Numbered from the stretch's first letter, positions 41,283-51,983 are shown. The stretch is DNA of 64,000 nt from an uncultured bacterium (GCA_963744715.1 CAVUUR010000012.1:128001-192000), one strand, 5' to 3'. The notes: generated by a model not told the origin, from the letters alone. Made by a program: numbers and translations.

Positions 41283-42017
41283 TCATTCACATTGTGTAAA
41301 ATAGGCCAAAAATTCTTTGTTGCCATCGGCGCCGGTAATGGGTGATTCTGTATACCCAACACACAAAAATCCGTTTTGCACAATGCCATTAATTACGTTC
41401 TTAATAACCGCTTCATGCACTGCCACGTCTTTAATAATACCGCCACGCCCAACCTGTTTTTTTTCTGCTTCAAATTGTGGTTTGATCAGCACGATAAGTT
41501 TTCCATTCGGTTTAAGAATTTTTTTGACTACATCCATCACTTTTAATACCGAAATAAATGAAAGATCAAGCGTAACCAGGTCTACTAATTCGGGTAATGG
41601 TGGTAACAACCTCAAATTAGTGCGCTCGAGCACCACAACGCGTGGATCATTGCGTATTTTTTCATGCACTTGACCATAGCCAACGTCAACGCCATACACT
41701 TTTTGCGCACCGCGTTGCAGTAAGCAATCGGTAAATCCACCGGTAGAAAGTCCGGCATCAAGAACAATTAATCCATGAACATCAAGGTTAAAATAATCGA
41801 GTGCTTTTTCTAATTTAAGCCCTGCGCGAGAAACATAACGCGGTTCTTGCGCGTCAACCGTAATAAGAGCATCGTGCGCGACAGCTGTTCCCGGTTTAGT
41901 AATAACTTTTTCTTGCACGGTAACTTTTCCCTGCATAATCAAACTTTGAATATAGGTTTTACTTAATGCAGGAAAGCGTTCTGCCACCAACGTATCTAAA
42001 CGCTTTTTTTGAATCAT
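41283..42017 (-). CDS. tlyA: TlyA family rRNA methyltransferase
   Basis: S4 domain KRLD, YVSRAGLKL, STGGFTDCLLQRGA, DLSFIS, LIKPQFE, GADGNKEF. Confidence 0.96.
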   Translation of the reverse strand: MIQKKRLDTLVAERFPALSKTYIQSLIMQGKVTVQEKVITKPGTAVAHDALITVDAQEPRYVSRAGLKLEKALDYFNLDVHGLIVLDAGLSTGGFTDCLLQRGAQKVYGVDVGYGQVHEKIRNDPRVVVLERTNLRLLPPLPELVDLVTLDLSFISVLKVMDVVKKILKPNGKLIVLIKPQFEAEKKQVGRGGIIKDVAVHEAVIKNVINGIVQNGFLCVGYTESPITGADGNKEFLAYFTQCE

Positions 42018-42020
42018 ATT

Positions 42021-43682
42021 TTAGCTTTTCTTGATATCATCATGCTCATTCATGGCAAATATTGGATTTGCTTCATACAATAATGATTCTTTATTTAATT
42101 TAACTAATAGTGATCTTGTTGTGTCAGAAATGGGGAAGAAATAATCTTTTGCTAAACGCACTTCTTCTTCCACAACTTTTTTAAACGGACAGACAATAAA
42201 CACACCGTCAGTAGTTTCAATCGTCAAATCACCCGATACTAATCCTTTAAATAATACCGTTCGCAGATCATCCAGCGTTTTTACTTTTTGACCATTTACT
42301 TCACTTAAAATTGACCCTAGACCTATGGATCGAGAACGCTGCGCTTGTGAATCTGGAAAGATGTGCGTAATAATTAATGCGGGATCCATTTGGTATTTCA
42401 TTTCCGTATATTTTGCCAAACTAGGAGCATTATTAATAAGCAATGGTAGATGATTGATGCTCAACGGTTGCACAACCATGCCAGCAACCACTTCGTAATC
42501 AATTTTTTCATAACCGGGATATATTCTGCGAATGGGTAACAACTCAGCTTGATTAAAGCTGAACTTAATATCATGCCGCGTTCCGTGGCGGTATACCAGA
42601 AGATGTATTTCTTGACCTAGCGTTAACTGTGAAACATAATCAACGATCGAAATTTTTTCACTATTCCATGCTAATTCGCCATAAAAATCAAGTTTATTAC
42701 GGTTAATTTCATAAATCATATCCCCTTTTTGCACACCAGCTTTATGCAACGGACTGTCTTTATACACATCAACTACATATAATCCTCCCGATTGAGGATT
42801 ACCCAAATACGTAGCTAACCGTTCACTACCATTATTAAAAAGAATTCCTAAAAACGGCTTACGTAATAATTTAACGGTATGCAAATCATCAAGAATAATT
42901 TTTAATTCATTGATAGGAATAATATAACCAACGTTTTGTGCATCAGGCGCGTATAAGGTATTAATACCAATGACATCACCATTCCGGTTAACGGAAGGTC
43001 CACCTGAATTGCCAGGATTAATAGCCGCATCAATTTGAATTAAATGCTGTTCATGCCCACTCACCACACCCGTGGTACTTTTTAATCCCTGTTGGCCCAG
43101 TGGATATCCCAGTGCCATAATTTCTTCAGCGCGATGCACTAAATTAGAATCACCCAACGTTAAATAAGGAATTTTACCTAACGCCTTTTCTAATAACGTA
43201 ATTCCTTCAGTACGCATTTTTAATAAGGCAATATCACGTTCAGGGCTCACGCCAACAATATCAACGTCAATTTGCTCTTTGCCCAAAGAACAAGGAATTT
43301 GTATCCACACGGCTTTTGCCTGATCGATCACATGAGCATTGGTTACAATATATCCTTGACCACGTGAATCATTAATAAAAAATCCGCTACCGGTCCCTTG
43401 ATATTGGCTCGGTGTTTTATACGGTTGCAGTAAATCAATAGCAGCAACTTGTGCAAATACCTGTACAACGCAATCTTTAACTTTTTCCTGCAAATCGGTC
43501 CATGGCTCACTGATTGAAACTACTTTTTCAACAATTTCCTTACGAATAATCGGTTGATTATCGCGCGCGACAAGTAATTCATGCAATTCTTGTTGCCGTT
43601 GGTCAAGTTTGTACAGATAAAAACCAATACCACCAAAAAATCCTATAACTAACAAAAAACGAACTATAGACCAAAAATTCAT
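42021..43682 (-). CDS. HtrA/Deg-type trypsin-like serine protease with PDZ domains
   Basis: N-terminal TM; TNAHV, RDIALL, AINPGNSGGP; DSPLHKAGVQKGDMI. Confidence 0.9.
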   Translation of the reverse strand: MNFWSIVRFLLVIGFFGGIGFYLYKLDQRQQELHELLVARDNQPIIRKEIVEKVVSISEPWTDLQEKVKDCVVQVFAQVAAIDLLQPYKTPSQYQGTGSGFFINDSRGQGYIVTNAHVIDQAKAVWIQIPCSLGKEQIDVDIVGVSPERDIALLKMRTEGITLLEKALGKIPYLTLGDSNLVHRAEEIMALGYPLGQQGLKSTTGVVSGHEQHLIQIDAAINPGNSGGPSVNRNGDVIGINTLYAPDAQNVGYIIPINELKIILDDLHTVKLLRKPFLGILFNNGSERLATYLGNPQSGGLYVVDVYKDSPLHKAGVQKGDMIYEINRNKLDFYGELAWNSEKISIVDYVSQLTLGQEIHLLVYRHGTRHDIKFSFNQAELLPIRRIYPGYEKIDYEVVAGMVVQPLSINHLPLLINNAPSLAKYTEMKYQMDPALIITHIFPDSQAQRSRSIGLGSILSEVNGQKVKTLDDLRTVLFKGLVSGDLTIETTDGVFIVCPFKKVVEEEVRLAKDYFFPISDTTRSLLVKLNKESLLYEANPIFAMNEHDDIKKS

Positions 43683-43869
43683 ACCTAGAGACCTTATTGT
43701 ATAAATGCTTAAGTAGGTTTACTATGACCTTTTCTCAACTTCAGCATACCAAAACCTTTAATAAAAACTAGGTCGCCTAAAAAGTCTGTTATTTGCAAAA
43801 TCATTCACAACTGATTATTCTGAATCTCATATGTAATTACAAATATTGGTTTTCAAGGAGTTTATTTTC

Positions 43870-45186
43870 ATGAAAGTTACAGAGTCAGCCGCTACACTTG
43901 ATGCTATAATGGCTTTGTGTAAAAGAAGAGGTTTTGTTTATCAATCAGCGGATATTTATGGCGGTTTAAATGGGCTTTATGATTTTGGGCACTTGGGAAC
44001 TCTGTTAAAACAAAATATTAGAAAATCTTGGCTTGATTCATTGTATAAAACTGATAACGATATTCTTCTTATGGAAGGCGCTTTATTATCACCAAAACGA
44101 ATATGGGAAGCCTCTGGCCATATTGAAAACTTTCATGATCCTATGGTTGACTGCCTCAATTGCAAACATCGCTTTAGAGCCGATGAAATTGATTTACAAA
44201 AACCATGCTCCCATTGCGGCAAAAGAGGATGGACTGATGTACGCACCTTCAACATGATGTTCAAAACAGAACTCGGTGCAGCCGCTGCACAAGCATCAGA
44301 AGCTTATTTGCGCCCTGAAACGGCACAATCAATTTTTGTTAATTTTAAACAAATCATGACCACCAATCGCGTATCAATTCCCTTTGGTGTGGCACAAATT
44401 GGCAAGGCATTCCGCAATGAAATAAATCCTAAACAATTTCTTTTCCGTATGCGAGAATTCGAACAAATGGAATTGGAATGGTTCTGCAAAGAACAAACAG
44501 CGCAAGAAGCGTTTGCTTTTTGGTCGGCACAGCGCATTGCTTTTTATAACACGATAGGTCTTACCATGGAAAAAATTCGCATACGCGCACATGAACAAGG
44601 CGAACTTTCTCATTATTCAAAAGCAACCTCCGATGTTGAATATCATTTTCCTTTTGGTTGGAAAGAAATTGAGGGTATTGCTTATCGCGGTGATTTTGAT
44701 TTGGCACAACACAGCGCTTATTCTGGAAAAGATTTACGCGTTTATGATGAAGCAACAAAATCTTCCTATTTCCCTCATGTCGTAGAATGTTCTGTTGGCG
44801 TTGATCGCCTCTTTTTGACTCTTTTCTTTGACGCGTATGATGAAGATAGTGCCGAAGGTGAACAACGCATCGTATTAAGATTTAATCCAACCATAGCCCC
44901 CATAAAAGCAGCTTTTTTACCATTAACTAAAAAACAAACTGATCCAATGCTCTCACTGTTTAATGATATCAAGAAACGTGGGTGTATGGTGGAATTTGAT
45001 GAATCCGGCTCAATAGGAAAACGTTATCGCCGCCAGGATGAAATTGGTACTCCCGTTTGCTTTACCTACGACTTTGATACTGATAATGATAGATGTGTAA
45101 CGGTGCGAAACCGTGATACTATGAAACAGGAACGCATCAACATCGATCGCGTATCAGAGTATCTGGATAATCTGATAAAATCATAA
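43870..45186 (+). CDS. glyQS: Glycine--tRNA ligase (dimeric type)
   Basis: LCKRRGF, YLRPETAQ, IGKAFRNEI, FRMREFEQME, SIGKRYRRQDEIGTP. Confidence 0.97.
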   Translation: MKVTESAATLDAIMALCKRRGFVYQSADIYGGLNGLYDFGHLGTLLKQNIRKSWLDSLYKTDNDILLMEGALLSPKRIWEASGHIENFHDPMVDCLNCKHRFRADEIDLQKPCSHCGKRGWTDVRTFNMMFKTELGAAAAQASEAYLRPETAQSIFVNFKQIMTTNRVSIPFGVAQIGKAFRNEINPKQFLFRMREFEQMELEWFCKEQTAQEAFAFWSAQRIAFYNTIGLTMEKIRIRAHEQGELSHYSKATSDVEYHFPFGWKEIEGIAYRGDFDLAQHSAYSGKDLRVYDEATKSSYFPHVVECSVGVDRLFLTLFFDAYDEDSAEGEQRIVLRFNPTIAPIKAAFLPLTKKQTDPMLSLFNDIKKRGCMVEFDESGSIGKRYRRQDEIGTPVCFTYDFDTDNDRCVTVRNRDTMKQERINIDRVSEYLDNLIKS

Positions 45187-45202
45187 CCGTGCAGAGAATT
45201 CT

Positions 45203-45790
45203 ATGAATATATTACGTACCATGTATGATTGGATGGGAAAACAAGTATATTCACCGTATGCAACGCCGATGCTAGCTTTTTTATTTTTTATTGAAGCTAT
45301 TTTTTTCTTTCCGGTGGATCCAATTCTTCTTGTTTATTGCCTTGAACATCGAAAAAAGGCATGGTATTTTGCAACGGTTGCAACAGTAGCCTCCGTTCTT
45401 GGTGGTATCGTTGGTTATTACATAGGATTCGCTTTGTGGCAAATTTTTGGATCAGTTATTCTTGGGTGGCTCATTTCGCCGGAAAAATTTAATAATGCGG
45501 TTCAACTATTTAATCGATACGAAATGTGGGCCGTGCTGATTGCAGGTTTTACTCCTATTCCGTACAAAGCCGTTACGTACACTGCCGGTTTTTGTAAACT
45601 TCCTATTATTCCCTTTATTGCCTATTCATTCGTTGCGCGCGGCGCTCGATTTTATTTATTATCCTTTGTAATAAGCATGTGGGGAGTTCCTATAAAAGAA
45701 TATATTGACCGGTATTTTAACCTCTTAGTAGCCTTGTTTTTAGTGTTCGTACTTGGGGCAACCTGGTTAATCCATCTTATGTGCCCTTAA
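45203..45790 (+). CDS. YqaA/DedA family membrane protein
   Basis: FIEAIFFFPVDP, ASVLGG, AGFTPIPYK, RGARF. Confidence 0.9.
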   Translation: MNILRTMYDWMGKQVYSPYATPMLAFLFFIEAIFFFPVDPILLVYCLEHRKKAWYFATVATVASVLGGIVGYYIGFALWQIFGSVILGWLISPEKFNNAVQLFNRYEMWAVLIAGFTPIPYKAVTYTAGFCKLPIIPFIAYSFVARGARFYLLSFVISMWGVPIKEYIDRYFNLLVALFLVFVLGATWLIHLMCP

Positions 45791-45806
45791 AAAAAAGGTT
45801 ATTTAG

Positions 45807-47141
45807 ATGGTATTTAATAAAATTGTTCAATTTTCTCCCGGCCGCATTATTCTTTCTTCATTGCTTATTGCTATTGTGCTGGGAACATTGCTGTTATGGT
45901 TGCCTATTGCACGTACGGTTTACATACCGCTCATTGATATTTTTTTTACCGCGACCTCCGTCATTTGTGTTACCGGTTTATTAACAACGCCATTAACAAG
46001 CTTTACACCATTTGGACATTTCATCATTTTAATTCTCATGCAACTAGGGGGACTGGGCTTAATTACCATGACTATTTTTATCATGTCATTATTTGTTGAA
46101 TTTGGGCTCGGAACACAAATACTGGCCGGTAAATTATTGGAACTTGAATCATGGAAAAATATCAAAAACATGCTCTTTTTTATTATCAAGTTAAGCATCA
46201 TTATCGAATTACTCGGTGCTGCCATCATTTTTATTACCATTTATCATGAGTTTTCATTCGCGGAAGGAATTTTTTTATCCCTATTTCATGCCGTTGCATC
46301 ATTTTGCGACGCTGGACTTTCGCTGTTCCCCCAAGGAATGATTTCTTATCAAAAAAATTATGTAATGTTAATGATAACATCTTTTTTAATGCTCTTCGGC
46401 GGCCTTGGTTTTATTACGTGGCATGAAATTTTATTGTATATCCGTTCATTTTTTGATCACAAAAAAGCACATTTTTCATTGCATAGCAAAATTGTACTAT
46501 CAACCACCTGTTCAATTATTGTTGGCGCTAGCGCTTTATTTTGGATTTTAGAACGTAACAACACGCTCAACGCCATGAATCCATGGTTGGCTGCTTGTAA
46601 CACACTCTTCAATACCATTTCAAGTCGAAGCACCGGTTTTTTAACGATTAATCCGCTCGATTTACACATAGCAACGATATTTATGATTATAGCCATTTCT
46701 TTTATTGGTTCATCGCCAGGCTCAACAGGAAGTGGCATAAAAACAACAACGTTTGCCATTTTTTTAGCAGCAATTCGCACGGCAATATCAAATCGCACTT
46801 CGGTTCAAATTAAAGGAAGACGCATTGCGCGGGATCAAGTTTATAAAGCCTTTGCAATAATGTCATTGAGTCAAGCATGGATCATTATAACTATTTTTTG
46901 TTTACTCATTACCGAAAAACAAGGAGATTTTTTGGATATTGTTTTTGAGTCAGCTTCTGCTTTTGCTACCCTGGGAATATCAACCGGCATAACTCCTTAT
47001 TTATCACTGATGGGGAAATTATTTATTATCGCCAGTATGATTGTGGGGCGAATCGGCTCATTAACGTTTATTCTTGCATTAAGAAAAAAACCAGAAACTA
47101 TTGAATATCAGTACCCAGAAGAACGGGTAATGTTAAGTTAA
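45807..47141 (+). CDS. ktrB: Ktr/Trk potassium uptake permease
   Basis: Four pore loops: ATSVICVTGL, ASFCDAGL, SRSTGF, SAFATLGIS; MIVGRIG. Confidence 0.9.
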   Translation: MVFNKIVQFSPGRIILSSLLIAIVLGTLLLWLPIARTVYIPLIDIFFTATSVICVTGLLTTPLTSFTPFGHFIILILMQLGGLGLITMTIFIMSLFVEFGLGTQILAGKLLELESWKNIKNMLFFIIKLSIIIELLGAAIIFITIYHEFSFAEGIFLSLFHAVASFCDAGLSLFPQGMISYQKNYVMLMITSFLMLFGGLGFITWHEILLYIRSFFDHKKAHFSLHSKIVLSTTCSIIVGASALFWILERNNTLNAMNPWLAACNTLFNTISSRSTGFLTINPLDLHIATIFMIIAISFIGSSPGSTGSGIKTTTFAIFLAAIRTAISNRTSVQIKGRRIARDQVYKAFAIMSLSQAWIIITIFCLLITEKQGDFLDIVFESASAFATLGISTGITPYLSLMGKLFIIASMIVGRIGSLTFILALRKKPETIEYQYPEERVMLS

Positions 47142-47156
47142 CAAAGGAAAAAATCA

Positions 47157-47798
47157 ATGAAATTTTGTGTAATTGGCTTAGGACGATTCGGTTATCACGT
47201 TGCTACAACCTTGGCGGAAAATGGCATGGAAGTTCTCGGCGTTGAAACTAATGAAACCATCGTTGCATCTATCCGTGATTTGATAACACAAGCCGTATGC
47301 ATGCAAGTGCATGATGAAACATCACTCCGATCAATCGGTATTGAAGAAATGGATACGGTTATTGTTGCCATGGGGGAAAATTTTGCTGGCTCAATCTTAA
47401 TTACCGCACTGCTTAAAAAAAGATTGCATATTCCACTCGTTATTACTCGTGCCGTGAGTGAAATTCATAAAGAAATTTTATTATTGATTGGTGCTGACCA
47501 AATTATTTTACCGGAACAAGAGGTTGGTAATCGTTTAGCTGACAATTTGAGTTTACCATTTGCCGTTCTTTCACGGCTTACCAAACAATTTGCAATTACC
47601 CAAATACACGCACCACAACATTTTGTGGGAAAAACAATTAAAAAAATAGCACTCTATGACAATTATCATGTTATGTGCATAGGCATACGAAAAGATAATG
47701 AAATCGTTCCGGTTAATAATGATTATCAAATTGCTAAAGATGATCAATTAATTCTCGGTGGATCTAATAAAGATCTTGCCAATATTACACGGCTGTAA
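47157..47798 (+). CDS. ktrA: Ktr/Trk RCK regulatory subunit
   Basis: FCVIGLGRFG, IGADQIILPE; follows the permease. Confidence 0.9.
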   Translation: MKFCVIGLGRFGYHVATTLAENGMEVLGVETNETIVASIRDLITQAVCMQVHDETSLRSIGIEEMDTVIVAMGENFAGSILITALLKKRLHIPLVITRAVSEIHKEILLLIGADQIILPEQEVGNRLADNLSLPFAVLSRLTKQFAITQIHAPQHFVGKTIKKIALYDNYHVMCIGIRKDNEIVPVNNDYQIAKDDQLILGGSNKDLANITRL

Positions 47799-48409
47799 TG
47801 AATAATGTTATTATTAACGCAGACTCAATTTCTCTCGCTTATAAAAAACGCTGGATCGGCTACCATTACATTCTTGCCAATGTTTCTTTTACTATTAATC
47901 GCGGCGAATGCATTGCTGTTATTGGTGCTAACGGAGCAGGAAAATCAACCTTATTAAAAATAATTGCTGGATTAATTATTTCAACCCGCGGAACGCTGAA
48001 ACGCAACTACACCCGCATCGGTTATGTTCCTGAACATAGTGCATTGCCACCTTTTTTAACCATCTATCAATGGATGCGTTATCAGGCGTACATTGCCCAT
48101 AAAACCGATACTATTGATTATCTTCTTGAACGAACACACATAACGTCTTATGCGCATCATAAAATTCAATCATTATCAAAAGGAATTCGGCAACGCCTCT
48201 GCATTGCGCAAGCATTATTAAATAATCCAGAGTTACTTATTTTGGATGAACCATTTTCTGGCCTGGATAAAACTTCTCATACCATCATGCAATCATTATG
48301 TTTTGATAACGCGGAAAAACGCACCATTATCTATGCAACGCATGATGATCCGGTACAAAAAACAAATAGAATTTTCGGTATAGAAAACAAAACCATTAAA
48401 GAATATTAA
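47798..48409 (+). CDS. ABC transporter ATP-binding protein
   Basis: GANGAGKST, LSKGIRQR, LILDEPFSGLD, ATH; overlaps the ktrA stop (TAATG). Confidence 0.88.
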   Translation: MNNVIINADSISLAYKKRWIGYHYILANVSFTINRGECIAVIGANGAGKSTLLKIIAGLIISTRGTLKRNYTRIGYVPEHSALPPFLTIYQWMRYQAYIAHKTDTIDYLLERTHITSYAHHKIQSLSKGIRQRLCIAQALLNNPELLILDEPFSGLDKTSHTIMQSLCFDNAEKRTIIYATHDDPVQKTNRIFGIENKTIKEY

Positions 48410-48410
48410 A

Positions 48411-48674
48411 TTATTCATCTACCATGTCATCAAGGTCATCCTGTTCATAGTCATGCTTCTTATATTCTTTTTCATCATTTTCAAAATTTGTAATACTATC
48501 AATATTATTCAATTGTTGTTGCCCATCAAAATTAACCAATTCATTTTCAACAAAATAATTGAAAGGCCCTGGCAATTGTCCTTGTTGTCCCATTTCTTCT
48601 TGCTGAAAAGCGTGCATATAATTGCTGGTAATGATGCACAGTATAATATTAATTATTATTATAAATATATTCAT
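48411..48674 (-). CDS. Small acidic secreted hypothetical protein
   Basis: AGAGGA RBS, signal peptide ending MHA, D/E-rich tail. Confidence 0.5.
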   Translation of the reverse strand: MNIFIIIINIILCIITSNYMHAFQQEEMGQQGQLPGPFNYFVENELVNFDGQQQLNNIDSITNFENDEKEYKKHDYEQDDLDDMVDE

Positions 48675-48784
48675 ATAAATTCCTCTATTTGTATATGATG
48701 GGTATTTTATGTATACTTCTTTTGCTATAGTAACAAAACTTTAAAATACTAATAAACAGTTATGATTATTCAAAAGGCAATAGT

Positions 48785-49516
48785 ATGATTACCATGAAAT
48801 ATTTTTTGCTCGCAGTACTATGTATGAGCATGCAACACAGTTTTTGTATGGAACAGCCAAAGAAAAAAGAAATAGTAACTACAAAACTAATAAAAATTAA
48901 AAAATGGGAAGATATACAACCCTTCGCTGGTCACGTTGTAGCATATAAAATAGAACCTTTATCTTTCATTAAACAATTTTTCTACGGCAATTCTGTTAAT
49001 CTCGATACAATGTGCGGATATCAACTAGACCCCAGTAAACCAATCAAATATGGACACATTGACGAGAGCCAGACAACTTGGTTATTGAAGCCTCACGCAA
49101 AATCGGGGGAAATAGGGTACATCATGCGTAAGTTGTTAGAAAAAAACCAGGTTGAATCGCACTGTATCCTCGTAAACTCTGTCGTTAAATCATGCAATTT
49201 ATCGATGTCCCACGTAACAACTAAAGAAATTCATCAAATATTAGCAGCAATAGATTCTGATAAAGCTGTATTTAATACACTTTTTGCTCCCAACAATACT
49301 CAACTTATATTGCAAAAACGCTTGAACTATTTACATGATCTCAAGAAAGAGTATGCGGAACACATGGTTCAGTTTTTAAGGGCAGAACCTCGAACACAAA
49401 CAATACATGGCAAAGAAATAGAGAAAAAAAACTACGAATACCAGAACGCATTTAAAAAACTTCCTATTGAGATTGTTCGTCTGATTGTAAACTTTCGTTA
49501 TACTATAGAAAATTAA
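48785..49516 (+). CDS. Secreted family-A paralog (A1)
   Basis: MQHSFCMEQ leader, core motifs, C-terminal KKLPIEIVRLIVNFRY. Confidence 0.8.
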   Translation: MITMKYFLLAVLCMSMQHSFCMEQPKKKEIVTTKLIKIKKWEDIQPFAGHVVAYKIEPLSFIKQFFYGNSVNLDTMCGYQLDPSKPIKYGHIDESQTTWLLKPHAKSGEIGYIMRKLLEKNQVESHCILVNSVVKSCNLSMSHVTTKEIHQILAAIDSDKAVFNTLFAPNNTQLILQKRLNYLHDLKKEYAEHMVQFLRAEPRTQTIHGKEIEKKNYEYQNAFKKLPIEIVRLIVNFRYTIEN

Positions 49517-49567
49517 TTCATTTAATTCAGTTTTGATATAATTACCCCGAGAACCTGGGTTGTTTTA

Positions 49568-49595
49568 TTGACAAGTAATATTTTATCTGTATTAT
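49568..49595 (+). promoter_or_regulatory. Sigma70-like promoter (duplicated at 51189)
   Basis: TTGACA-16 nt-TATTAT upstream of B1; same arrangement upstream of B2. Confidence 0.5.
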
Positions 49596-49689
49596 TAGCT
49601 TAAAATACGGGTAAAATTATTTTTAAATAACACGCATAAGATATTTTTTAGTGTACTGGCTCAGAATATTCAGAAAGAATAAAAATATT

Positions 49690-50337
49690 ATGAAAAAATT
49701 ATTATATAGTTTCATGCTCATCGGCAATGTATCCCTCTCTGGGATGATAGTACAAAATCGGCGAACATTTTCTCCCCCTCCTTTAAAACAATTATCTGCA
49801 CAAGCATGTATCGATCATCAACTAGCCTATGTGAATCTCCCCAAGGAATGTAAAGATGCGATAAGGAAGTGTGTATTCTCCCCAACCGAATGTGAAAATT
49901 ATCAAAAACCTTTTGATAATGGTAATGTAGAATCAATTTTAGAACAGGCAAAAATCCTTGGCGATACTGAACGAATACAAAAGGCTCGTGAATATAATAA
50001 GGAAAAAATCTTAGAGGGCATATCTTCTCGTGAAACTATAAAAGATTATGTTACTAGACCTCATGAAATTCAGAAAGAAATACGTACCCCCATTAAACGA
50101 TGGCTTGAAGTAAAAGAAAAAGATTTTATGTTTTTTTGTGAGGATCTATACGGGTCCATCAGAGATCGTCGCGAATTAGCCTTACTGCTTAATGATCCCG
50201 ACATGATAAAGCAAAAAGAACGCTATATGAGAAGAGCAAAGCGTAATCATATCATAACCAGGCTTCCGTATCATGCTCCGTTCATGATGAGTGACCCTTT
50301 ATACGTTACTCGGAAAGTTGTTTCAAAAAATCTTTAA
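49690..50337 (+). CDS. Secreted family-B paralog (B1) with BC/SOCS-box-like motif
   Basis: ATG 49690 matches the B2 start; PPPLKQLSAQACIDHQLAYVNLPKECKDAI. Confidence 0.75.
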   Translation: MKKLLYSFMLIGNVSLSGMIVQNRRTFSPPPLKQLSAQACIDHQLAYVNLPKECKDAIRKCVFSPTECENYQKPFDNGNVESILEQAKILGDTERIQKAREYNKEKILEGISSRETIKDYVTRPHEIQKEIRTPIKRWLEVKEKDFMFFCEDLYGSIRDRRELALLLNDPDMIKQKERYMRRAKRNHIITRLPYHAPFMMSDPLYVTRKVVSKNL

Positions 50338-50454
50338 TCCAACTTAAAATAGTTTTTTTATGAGCAATGCACATACCCTTTATTGACAAATAACATCCAC
50401 ATTTTACTTTTTTAATAAAATAGCAGCGATTATTCGGAGGGTGAGGGTAATAGT

Positions 50455-51136
50455 ATGGTTAGCATTAAATATTTTTTGTGTGCCGTGATTGGTATAAATA
50501 TGCAATACAGTTTTTGCATGGAGCAACCAAAGGAAAAAGAAATACTAACTACAACAATGATAAAAATCCAAAAATCGGAAGATGTCGAATCTTTCGATGG
50601 TCATGTTGTAAAAACCTTTATCTTCAAAATTTCCTGTCGGAAATAATAAATTGTCTATTCTTGAGATAACACGCGGATATTCGCTAGACCCCAATCGATT
50701 AATATCTTATGGATTGATTAGCAAAAACAGAAGAGGATATGAAATATCTACGTTGTTAGAAAAAAACCAGGTTGGATCGTGGTGTGATCTAGACAACTTT
50801 ACTATTGAATCATGCAATCTACGGATGGGCCACGTAACAACAAAAGAACTTAATCAAATATTAGCAGTAATGCGTTCTGGCCAAGCCGCGTTTGACGTGT
50901 CTTTTGGACAATATGTAATTGCATTTGCACTTCAAATGCGCTTGGACCGTTTAAATGCCCTCAAGAAAGAATATGCTGAACATATGGTTCAGTTTTTAAG
51001 GGCAGAACCTCGAACGCAAACAATACATGGCAAAGAAATAGAGAAAAAAGATTACCAATATCAAAGTCCATTTAAAAAATTTCCTATTGAGATTGTTCGT
51101 CTGATTGTAAACTTTCCTTATACTATAGAAGATTAA
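50455..51136 (+). pseudogene. Family-A paralog (A2), frameshifted
   Basis: Relative to A1 about 11 nt are missing after GHVV (about 50611); the downstream frame continues to KKFPIEIVRLIVNFPY. Confidence 0.8.
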
Positions 51137-51311
51137 TTCACTTAATTCAGTTTTTGATATAATTTCCTCGAACCCCTGGGTTATTTTATTGACAAGTAAT
51201 ACTTTATCTGTATTATATAGCTTATAATACGGATAAAATTATTTTTAAATAACACACATAAGATATTTTTTAGTGTACTAGCTCAGAATATGCAAAAAGA
51301 ATAAAAATATT

Positions 51312-51983
51312 ATGAAAAAATTATTATATAGTTTCATGCTCATCGGCAATGTATCCCTCTCTGGGATGATAGTACAAAATCGGCGAACATTTTCTCCCCC
51401 TCCTTTAAAACAATTATCTGCACAAGCATGTATCGATCATCAACTAGCCTATGTGAATCTCCCCAAGGAATGTAAAGATGCGATAAGGAAGTGTGTATTC
51501 TCCCCAACCGAATGTGAAAATTATCAAAAACCTTTTGATAATGGTAATGTAGAATCAATTTTAGAACAGGCAAAAATCCTTGGCGATACTGAACGAATAC
51601 AAAAGGCTCGTGAATATAATAAGGCACAAATCTTAGAGGTCATATCTTCTTATGAAACTATAAAAGATTGTGTTACTGAACCATCGACATGGCTAGATAG
51701 GATTGAAGAAATACCTACCCCTAGTAATCAATGGCTTGAAGCAGGAGAAGAAACTCTTATGTTTCTTTGTGAGGAGCTACATAATTCCATCAAAAATCCT
51801 GATGAATTAGCCTTACTTCGTAATGATCCCGACATGATAAAGCAAAAACAACGCTATATGAGAAGAATAAAGCGTAATCACCTATTAACCATGTTTTTGT
51901 ATTATGCTCCGTTAATGGTGAGTGACCCTTTATCCGTTACTTGGAAAATTGCTTCCAAAAATCTTCAATCCAATTCAAAATAG
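51312..51983 (+). CDS. Secreted family-B paralog (B2)
   Basis: First about 313 nt read as identical to B1; C-terminal half diverged. Confidence 0.78.
   Translation: MKKLLYSFMLIGNVSLSGMIVQNRRTFSPPPLKQLSAQACIDHQLAYVNLPKECKDAIRKCVFSPTECENYQKPFDNGNVESILEQAKILGDTERIQKAREYNKAQILEVISSYETIKDCVTEPSTWLDRIEEIPTPSNQWLEAGEETLMFLCEELHNSIKNPDELALLRNDPDMIKQKQRYMRRIKRNHLLTMFLYYAPLMVSDPLSVTWKIASKNLQSNSK

Noticed and set aside
49981..51983. Diversity-generating retroelement (TR/VR pair) explaining B1/B2 divergence
   Set aside because: Differences are not restricted to adenines in either copy, an indel is present, and no reverse transcriptase is in the window.
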